From positions 22,406-86,405 of the forward strand of contig JAZDKF010000027.1 of assembly GCA_043803225.1 (NCBI GenBank): DNA of 64,000 nucleotides, written 5' to 3'. The position numbers and the translations under genes were made by a program. Positions 57,353 to 64,000 of the stretch are shown here, piece by piece. Under the pieces are notes generated by a model. The model saw only the letters and a program-made list of their open reading frames with translations, was not told the DNA's origin and searched no databases. How positions within the stretch are numbered: position 1 is the stretch's first letter; each line of letters opens with the position of its first letter. The stretch is from Candidatus Beckwithbacteria bacterium (GTDB taxonomy: Bacteria > Patescibacteriota > Microgenomatia > UBA1400 > CG1-02-47-37).

Positions 57353-58377
57353 AAGATAAATATTCGATTTTGACAGGGATAACGCCGTCGGGGAGCGGGG
57401 AGATTCATATTGGCAATTATTTCGGGGCAGTAGTGCCTTTTTTAGAGCTGCAGAAAAAGGCCGATAAGGTTTACTTTTTTATGGCTGATCTGCATGCTTT
57501 AACCACGGTTCAAGATAAAGCGCAACTGCAAAGAAATGTTGAAAATCAAATATTGGCTTATTTAGCCTGTGGTTTGGATCCGAAAAAAGTGGTGTTCTAC
57601 CGCCAGTCGGATATTGGTTTACATCCGGAATTGCAGTGTATTTTAAATAATGTGACGCCTTTGGGACTGATTAAGCGCTGCCATGCATATAAGGATAAGC
57701 TGCAAAAAAACATTGATGAAGAGAGTGTAAATATGGGATTATTTAATTATCCAATTTTAATGGCGGCAGACATTTTATTATATGAGCCGGACTATGTGCC
57801 GGTCGGGGATGATCAAAGACAACATATTGAGGTGGCTCGGGATATTGCCGGTGCTTTTAATAAAATTTACGGACAAACTTTCAAGCTTCCGGATATATAT
57901 AATGTCAAAGAAACAGCGCGGTTAATCGGTACAGACGGCAAGAGAAAGATGAGTAAAAGTTTGAATAATTATATTTCGGTGTTTGAAAGCGAGGCCAAAA
58001 TTAAGCAGCAGATAATGAGTTGTTTTACTGACCCGAATAGGATTAAATTGACTGATCCAGGCCGGGTAGAGGGCAATCCGATATTTATTTACCACGATTT
58101 AGTGAATAAAGATAAAGATGAAGTGACAGAGCTAAAGATAAGATATCAAGAGGGGAAAGTAGGAGATGTGGAAGTGAAAGAAAAACTTTTAAAGGCATTG
58201 TTAAAAAGATTTAAGGATGAAAGAGTTTGTTATCAGGAATTGCAAGATAATCCAAAAAAGATTACTAAAATATTAAAAGACGGGGCGGAGAAAGCCAGAA
58301 AACAGGCAGAAAAAAAGATGATCGAGATCAGAGAAAAAATCGGCATCACTAATAAGTATTCATTTTTTAAGTATTAA
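57349..58377 (+). CDS. trpS: Tryptophanyl-tRNA synthetase
   Basis: HIGNY, ADLHALT, YPILMAADIL, VPVGDDQ, KMSKS. Confidence 0.97.
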   Translation: MKDKYSILTGITPSGSGEIHIGNYFGAVVPFLELQKKADKVYFFMADLHALTTVQDKAQLQRNVENQILAYLACGLDPKKVVFYRQSDIGLHPELQCILNNVTPLGLIKRCHAYKDKLQKNIDEESVNMGLFNYPILMAADILLYEPDYVPVGDDQRQHIEVARDIAGAFNKIYGQTFKLPDIYNVKETARLIGTDGKRKMSKSLNNYISVFESEAKIKQQIMSCFTDPNRIKLTDPGRVEGNPIFIYHDLVNKDKDEVTELKIRYQEGKVGDVEVKEKLLKALLKRFKDERVCYQELQDNPKKITKILKDGAEKARKQAEKKMIEIREKIGITNKYSFFKY

Positions 58378-58378
58378 T

Positions 58379-58432
58379 ATGAGATTTTTTAACTGGTGGC
58401 AGGGACGATATTTATGGCGGGCTAGAAATTAG
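58379..58432 (+). CDS. trpL: Trp-rich leader peptide MRFFNWWQGRYLWRARN
   Basis: 17 codons with tandem TGG TGG plus a third TGG; not in the ORF track. Confidence 0.85.
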   Translation: MRFFNWWQGRYLWRARN

Positions 58433-58483
58433 CTTTTGTGTTTTTATTAATTTAATTACCCCCGCCAAACAAGCGGGGTTTTT
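58415..58483 (+). terminator. Attenuator: mutually exclusive antiterminator and terminator
   Basis: tggcggg (58415-21) pairs with cccgcca (58461-67), competing with ccccgc/gcgggg + T5. Confidence 0.85.
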
Positions 58484-58486
58484 CAT

Positions 58487-59143
58487 ATGTTTCAAATTGC
58501 AGATTTTATTGACCGAATAGTGGTTAGAGAGCCGCGGTCAGGAGAAAACTTAATTAAGACAGAACGGTTGATAACTCAGACCTTAAAGTGTTGTGGTTTA
58601 AAGTATCAAAAACAGCGGTTGAGTGAGGTTGATACCATAAATATTCTGGCGGGCAATTTAGTTAAACCGTGGTCAATTCTGCTGACTCATTTTGATGCGA
58701 TCGGGCCGGGAGCTTTAGACAATGCTTCTGGGGTGGCTGTGTGTCTGAAAATATTAATTGAACGGTCTGATTTTGCCCAAGATAATTTAGCGGTTTTTTC
58801 CGGGAGCGAAGAAACCTCAAAGGAAAGACCGATATATTGGGGTTATGGTTACCGTCGGTTTGAACAAAAGTACGGCCGGTTATTGAAAAACTGCCGGGCA
58901 ATTTATGTGGTTGATTGTGTCGGTAACGGTCGGTTGCATTTTTTCCAAGGCGACTACTACTTTCATGAGGCGGTACCGTTGCAAAATTTAGCGGCGGTTA
59001 AAGATAAATTGTTTGTGTTGACAGGGTCGGTAAAGAAATTACTGGCGGTTTGCCATACCCGAAAGGATACGGCCGAGAAGCTAGATAAGAAATATTTGGA
59101 GGCCAGCTATAACCAGTTGGTAAAAAAATGTTGCCGGAATTAA
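58487..59143 (+). CDS. M28-family zinc aminopeptidase-like protein (minimal)
   Basis: THFD, GALDNASG, GSEE, VDCVG, HT..DT. Confidence 0.85.
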   Translation: MFQIADFIDRIVVREPRSGENLIKTERLITQTLKCCGLKYQKQRLSEVDTINILAGNLVKPWSILLTHFDAIGPGALDNASGVAVCLKILIERSDFAQDNLAVFSGSEETSKERPIYWGYGYRRFEQKYGRLLKNCRAIYVVDCVGNGRLHFFQGDYYFHEAVPLQNLAAVKDKLFVLTGSVKKLLAVCHTRKDTAEKLDKKYLEASYNQLVKKCCRN

Positions 59144-60081
59144 GAACCCTGGAGGGTTTGGAGGCATTACGCGAGGCGGGATATGGTTTCAGTGCGTTTG
59201 ATTTACCGCGGCAATTTAAAATGCAGGCGGAGATTGTAGCATCAGCAGTTAAGGTTATTCAGAATTTAACGGATGAGCCGAAGATAGTTTACGATACCGC
59301 CTACCTGATTTTAGACAGTTTGTTAGCCGCCCCCAACGGTTTACAATTTTTCTCCCGTTTTCCCAAAGAAGAGATAGCACAGTTTGGCTATTTGGCAGTT
59401 GCCAGCCGGTTAAACCATCAACCAGTGCCGGTGGTTTGTCCGGTTTGTCCTGACTACCGAGGCCATTATCAGATTGGTGACGGAATCAGCCGGACGGCTG
59501 AGGCAGTGATGGTGAAGATACCGACGATTAAAGAGTTTTTTGAAAAGAGAGGGTTGTCAGTGTTTATCGCCATACAATTGGCAGACGTAGAAGCATACGA
59601 TCAGTTTATTCTGGAGGCCTCCGGGGAGACAGAGGCAGGTTTTTTAGGAAAAACAAGGACTTCAATTGAGAAGATTCAAACACGGATAGATGAGTTAGGA
59701 TTAGCCGGGATAGTCCAAGCAGAGTCGATGTCAGAGGCGCTAGGGCGTTCGGGGATTGATTATTTTTACTTAAAAGAAGTAAAGGCGGAGCAGATTAGTA
59801 AAAGTGAGAATAGAAAAGTGAGAAGGGCAATTGAAGCATTAGTGACTGAGAGGCAAAAGTTGGGGGACTTTGAGACGATCAGTAAGCCAGACAGGAGAAG
59901 TATGGTGGTGAGAGAGTTGGCAGATTATAGTGTTTATGGAGATTATGTTGGCGGCCGGGCGGTAATTTTGTCTGCGGACGCACTGAGCGCCGTGCCGGCT
60001 TATAACTTTTTACGCGGCAAGGAGAAGGCTATAAGTCCAACGGTATATTTAAAAGATGTTAAAATTGCTTATGACAGATAA
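59128..60081 (+). CDS. Hypothetical protein with CPVCPDY motif
   Basis: 317-aa ORF overlapping both neighbours. Confidence 0.7.
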   Translation: MLPELRTLEGLEALREAGYGFSAFDLPRQFKMQAEIVASAVKVIQNLTDEPKIVYDTAYLILDSLLAAPNGLQFFSRFPKEEIAQFGYLAVASRLNHQPVPVVCPVCPDYRGHYQIGDGISRTAEAVMVKIPTIKEFFEKRGLSVFIAIQLADVEAYDQFILEASGETEAGFLGKTRTSIEKIQTRIDELGLAGIVQAESMSEALGRSGIDYFYLKEVKAEQISKSENRKVRRAIEALVTERQKLGDFETISKPDRRSMVVRELADYSVYGDYVGGRAVILSADALSAVPAYNFLRGKEKAISPTVYLKDVKIAYDR

Positions 60082-60397
60082 AATCAGCATCCAAGATTTT
60101 GCCAAAGTAGAGATAAGAGTGGGGAAGGTGGTGGAGGCAGAGGGGGTTGAAAAAAGCGAAAAATTGATCCGGCTGACTGTGGATTTTGGGGATTATGAAA
60201 GGACGATTTTTACCGGAGTAAGGAGCTATGGTTACATGGTGGAGGATTTTGTAGGGAAGCAGTTTTTATTTGTGACTAACCTGGAACCGAAAAAGATTAT
60301 GGAAGAGGAAAGCCAGGGGATGATTTTGGCGGTGGGAGAAGATAGGCCAATCTTTATTGAGGTTAAAGATATGCCCATAGGGGCAAAAGTAAGATAG
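60071..60397 (+). CDS. Stand-alone tRNA-binding OB-fold (Trbp111/CsaA/MetRS C-terminal)
   Basis: DFAKVEIRVG, SEKL, NLEP...SQGMILA. Confidence 0.9.
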   Translation: MTDKISIQDFAKVEIRVGKVVEAEGVEKSEKLIRLTVDFGDYERTIFTGVRSYGYMVEDFVGKQFLFVTNLEPKKIMEEESQGMILAVGEDRPIFIEVKDMPIGAKVR

Positions 60398-60403
60398 AAT
60401 TAT

Positions 60404-61405
60404 ATGATGGGTAACGAGTGGAGCGCCAGATTTGAAGCAGTAAACCCCATGGATTTTTACCGGTCTGTAGTTGAACAAGCGCTGCATTTTGTTCCGACAC
60501 AAGACGCTTTCCGAAAAACGAGAAATAAAGCGCTAATTTTCGCCCAGAAAAAAGCGCAAGATAAATTTCCCAACGACGAAGTAAGTTTAACGCAAGAAAT
60601 AAATCAGGAGCTAAGGGAGGTTCAGAAGAGATTACAGCAAGGCAGGACGGTGATAGAAACACAGAGCTTTGGTGAAAGAATTTGGCCGGTAGCCCCGGTT
60701 GAACTGAAATTGACCAGCAAAATAAAAAAGCGCGCTCTGTGGTGGAATCAGCGGGCAATGGTGGTACTGGAAAGCAGCGGCATTGAGGGGTTGATTAACG
60801 ACCCGTCTTTTGTCTGTTTAGCATTAGGAACAGGGCAGTGGCTGGATGCGGGAAATTTTATGGTAGAGCCAAGGTTTGTGGGTGACAGCTTAGAGATAGC
60901 GAAAAAAAACGGAGTGGATTTATATAAGGAATTTGGCTTACAAAAAGAAGATTTTGTGTTTTTCCCTCATATGAAACACAAGCCGGGATTTTATAATGAA
61001 ACATATTCCCATTTATTATTTGGCGATCGAGTGACAGAAGTAAGTTTTAAAAAATCATACCGTTTAATTCTGGAGTTGATGGAAAAAAATGAGCAAAATG
61101 TTTTATTGGTGCCGGGAACTTGGTTTTACGATCCAAATTTACCTAAAGTCGATTCAAAGTTTTTCTGGGTTCCTCAGACAGCGGAGAAGATTGTGCTTCT
61201 CGGTAAAGCCGCTAAGATCGACCCGATCCAGTTTGAGTTTGCCGTTGATCAAAGCGCAAGAAGAAAAGAGTTAAACAAAACCGGGGAGTATGAACCTCAG
61301 ATAGCGGCGGCTTACAGCACGCGGGAATTTTTAAGAACTATGATAGAATCAGATTATCATGAAAGTGAAAAAACCAAAGCAACAACCTCAGCCGGAATTG
61401 GATAA
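60404..61405 (+). CDS. Hypothetical protein (orphan)
   Basis: 333-aa ORF; TWFYDP motif. Confidence 0.7.
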   Translation: MMGNEWSARFEAVNPMDFYRSVVEQALHFVPTQDAFRKTRNKALIFAQKKAQDKFPNDEVSLTQEINQELREVQKRLQQGRTVIETQSFGERIWPVAPVELKLTSKIKKRALWWNQRAMVVLESSGIEGLINDPSFVCLALGTGQWLDAGNFMVEPRFVGDSLEIAKKNGVDLYKEFGLQKEDFVFFPHMKHKPGFYNETYSHLLFGDRVTEVSFKKSYRLILELMEKNEQNVLLVPGTWFYDPNLPKVDSKFFWVPQTAEKIVLLGKAAKIDPIQFEFAVDQSARRKELNKTGEYEPQIAAAYSTREFLRTMIESDYHESEKTKATTSAGIG

Positions 61406-63257
61406 GATTAAGAAAGTTTTGGAGCAGCAGACCGGCGGGCCGGTAAATATAAAACAGATTAAGTTTAATCCGAAAAGGATTATTATTTGGCTGATCGTGG
61501 TGTTTTTTGTACTGCCGTTTTTCCTGTCTTTGTTTAGCGGCCCCTTGCCGGTGGATAAAGTGGGTTTAAGCCAGCTGTTAACTGATATTAAAGGGGCAAA
61601 GGTGGAAAAGATTTCGGTGGAAGAAGAAAAGCTGATGGTGAAGTATAAAGACAAGGAAGGGTTGTATGAGTCCAGGAAAGAAGCGAGTGAAAGTTTTGTC
61701 GAGGTGCTGTCTAACGCGGGGATTGATCCGACGACGGTGAATTTTGAAACTAAGGATACATCAGCGACTCAAGCTTGGGCGAATATTTTGGAGATTTTAC
61801 TACCGGTAGTGTTAACCGGAGCAATTTTCTTGTTTATTTTCAAACAAGCCAGAGGGTCGCAGGACGGGCTGTTTAGTTTTGGGCGATCGAGGGCAAAACT
61901 ATTTATGAAAGGTAAACAGGATGTAACTTTTAATGACGTGGCCGGCGTAAATGAAGCGAAGAAAGAGCTGGAAGAAATTGTGGATTTTTTGAAACATCCG
62001 AAAAAGTACAAAGCAATGGGAGCAAGAACACCGAAAGGCGTGATTTTGGTCGGTCCGAGCGGAGTAGGGAAAACTCTTTTGGCAAGGGCAGTCGCCGGCG
62101 AAGCCGGGGTGACTTTTTTCTCGATGGCCGGGTCGGAGTTTATGGAGATGCTGGTGGGTGTCGGGGCTTCCCGGGTCAGGGATTTGTTTGACAGCGCGAA
62201 AAAGAAAGCGCCGGCGATTATTTTTATTGATGAAATTGATGCGATCGGCAGGCAAAGATCACGGTCTTTAACCGGCGGCCATGATGAGCGGGAACAGACA
62301 TTAAATCAAATTTTGGTGGAGATGGACGGATTTACGGCTAATGAACAAGTGATTGTTATGGCAGCGACCAACCGGGGTGATTTATTGGATCCGGCTTTAA
62401 TCAGGCCGGGACGGTTTGATCGGCGGATTGTGCTGGATATGCCGGACATTGAGGGCAGGAAGCGGATAATGGCGATTCATGCCAAGGGCAAGCCGTTTGC
62501 AGCCAAAATGGATTGGGAAAAGATCGGCAAGCGGACAGTAGGTTTTTCCGGAGCAGATCTGGAAAACATGCTGAATGAAGCAGCGATTGCCGCCGCCAGA
62601 GAGAGTAAAAAGGCGATTGAGATGAAGGATTTGGAAGAAGCGGCTTTAAAGGTAAAACTGGGTCCGGAAAAGAAGTTAACCCAGAGCCAGGATGATTTAA
62701 AGATGACGGCTTACCATGAAGGCGGGCATGCAGTCGTGACTTACTATCTAAAGGATATGGATTCGGTCCACCGGATCAGCATAGTGTCTCGCGGCACTTC
62801 CTTGGGCCACACGTTGATTCCGCCGAAAACCGACCGGTACACTGAAACCAGATCGCATTTAATCGCGGAGATTACTTCGCTGCTCGGGGGAAGAACCGCG
62901 GAAAAATTGGTGTTTAATGAGTTAACCGGCGGAGCCGCCTCGGATATTGGCAGAGCCACCGAGATAGCCAGGGCAATGGTAGTCAAGATGGGAATGAGCG
63001 AGCTGGGGCCGTTGAATTTGGGGCCAAGAGTGGATATTTCCGAACTAGGAATGAACTGGTATGAACCGGAGCAGTTATCAGAATCAATGCGGTCTAAGGT
63101 GGATGAACAGATTAAAAAGATTATTGATAAAGCTTTAGTCAAAGCAGAGCAAATTATTACTAAAAACAGGGGAAAGTTAGATTTACTAGCTAAAGAATTG
63201 TTGGAAAAAGAAACAATAGAAGCAGAAGAATTTGAAGAAATAATGAAACGAAAATGA
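61359..63257 (+). CDS. ftsH: ATP-dependent zinc metalloprotease FtsH
   Basis: Two TM helices; GPSGVGKT, IDEID, RPGRFDR, HEGGH. Confidence 0.97.
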   Translation: MKVKKPKQQPQPELDKIKKVLEQQTGGPVNIKQIKFNPKRIIIWLIVVFFVLPFFLSLFSGPLPVDKVGLSQLLTDIKGAKVEKISVEEEKLMVKYKDKEGLYESRKEASESFVEVLSNAGIDPTTVNFETKDTSATQAWANILEILLPVVLTGAIFLFIFKQARGSQDGLFSFGRSRAKLFMKGKQDVTFNDVAGVNEAKKELEEIVDFLKHPKKYKAMGARTPKGVILVGPSGVGKTLLARAVAGEAGVTFFSMAGSEFMEMLVGVGASRVRDLFDSAKKKAPAIIFIDEIDAIGRQRSRSLTGGHDEREQTLNQILVEMDGFTANEQVIVMAATNRGDLLDPALIRPGRFDRRIVLDMPDIEGRKRIMAIHAKGKPFAAKMDWEKIGKRTVGFSGADLENMLNEAAIAAARESKKAIEMKDLEEAALKVKLGPEKKLTQSQDDLKMTAYHEGGHAVVTYYLKDMDSVHRISIVSRGTSLGHTLIPPKTDRYTETRSHLIAEITSLLGGRTAEKLVFNELTGGAASDIGRATEIARAMVVKMGMSELGPLNLGPRVDISELGMNWYEPEQLSESMRSKVDEQIKKIIDKALVKAEQIITKNRGKLDLLAKELLEKETIEAEEFEEIMKRK

Positions 63258-63667
63258 ATAATTTAATCAAGAAGATTCCCAGAGACAATCATTTTAAAAA
63301 ATATTTACTGGCTTTAGTTATATTATCTTTGTTGTTGAGTATTTTGATTGTACCGGTGGAATTGGGGAACAAGATTAATGACATCGGCGATGGGTTGTGG
63401 TGGGCAATTACTACCGTGACCGGGGTGGGTTACGGCGATTTAGTGCCGGTAACCGGTTTGGGCAGGGCAATCGGGGCAGTACTGATGACGGTAGGGCTGG
63501 TGCTGTTTTCGTTGATTGTAGCGATTTTATCCGGACAGATAATGAAAAAAGAAGAGAAGTATTGGCGGTTGAGAATGAAAAAAGATTTGGAATCAATCAA
63601 TAACAAACTGTACCGGCTGGAGGAAAAAATTGAGTTTCTGATTAAAGAGAAGACTCGACTTGGCTGA
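63254..63667 (+). CDS. KcsA-type two-TM potassium channel
   Basis: WWAITTVTGVGYGD pore; C-terminal coiled coil. Confidence 0.9.
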   Translation: MNNLIKKIPRDNHFKKYLLALVILSLLLSILIVPVELGNKINDIGDGLWWAITTVTGVGYGDLVPVTGLGRAIGAVLMTVGLVLFSLIVAILSGQIMKKEEKYWRLRMKKDLESINNKLYRLEEKIEFLIKEKTRLG

Positions 63668-63673
63668 GGAAAG

Positions 63674-63720
63674 TGATATTATTAGGATTAACCTGCCAAA
63701 AAATTTATGGCAGGTTTTTT
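63674..63720 (+). promoter_or_regulatory. Extended -10 followed by CTGCC hairpin and T-tract
   Basis: TGaTATTAT; aacctgcca/tggcaggtt + T then ATG at 63721. Confidence 0.6.
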
Positions 63721-64000
63721 ATGATGGATTTGGAAAAGTCAATTATTCCAGCGGTTCCTGATTATAGTCCGGAACTTTCAGTGACTGAAAGTTGGGGAGG
63801 ACGGGCTAGGAGTTTATGGGGAGATCGATTGGGAAGATTGGCAGAGTTAGCTTCAAAAAGTTGCGAATTATTTTTTACAGAAATAGGCATGTCGGTACCA
63901 GGGATTAGGGAACCAGGCAATAGATTAATAGTCCATAAAGACGGGTCGGTTTTACCTGATTTGGGGAAGTTAATGGAGTTTAATAAGCTGTCTCAATTGC
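63721..64000 (+). CDS. Hypothetical protein (3' partial)
   Basis: ATG after leader hairpin; frame MMDLEKSIIPAVP... open to the window end. Confidence 0.6.
   Translation, partial: MMDLEKSIIPAVPDYSPELSVTESWGGRARSLWGDRLGRLAELASKSCELFFTEIGMSVPGIREPGNRLIVHKDGSVLPDLGKLMEFNKLSQL

Noticed and set aside
839-63603. Many short antisense or nested ORFs in the track
   Set aside because: They are shadows of well-supported genes, with no motifs or translation signals.
1-64000. Alternative genetic code (TGA recoding)
   Set aside because: Conserved genes such as sufB, gap and ftsH end at TGA at expected lengths, and Trp is encoded by TGG.

Overview
Gene-dense chromosomal window from a bacterium using the standard code. 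Gene content, short leaders and many orphans suggest a Candidate Phyla Radiation/Microgenomates-type organism (inference). Identifiable content includes redox and envelope genes, a minimal NiFe-hydrogenase set, glycolysis/pentose phosphate genes (fba, pgk, gap, rpiB, rpe), a suf operon without sufD, two tandem class A PBPs, a cobalamin module (uptake genes, riboswitch, nrdR, three tandem class II ribonucleotide reductases, cobO), a VirB4/TraG-like ATPase, a Xer-like recombinase, four tRNAs (including Ile-UAU), trpS and ftsH. The most interesting signals lie outside the ORF track. (1) A tryptophan-sensing locus has a T-box-like leader with an ultrashort stem I and an unannotated WW leader-peptide attenuator, and controls a racemase and peptidase rather than trp biosynthesis genes. 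(2) A candidate cysteine attenuator is built into the Cys-rich tail of RidA, upstream of a serine-kinase-like/cysteine synthase pair. (3) The three intact NrdJ paralogs have divergent specificity loops. (4) A ~100-nt covarying hairpin element occurs in three copies, one in-frame inside a gene. (5) A 23-bp palindrome family is written into coding sequences. (6) A recurrent promoter-CTGCC-hairpin leader precedes orphan genes. All protein calls are from motif recognition by eye; no database searches were run.
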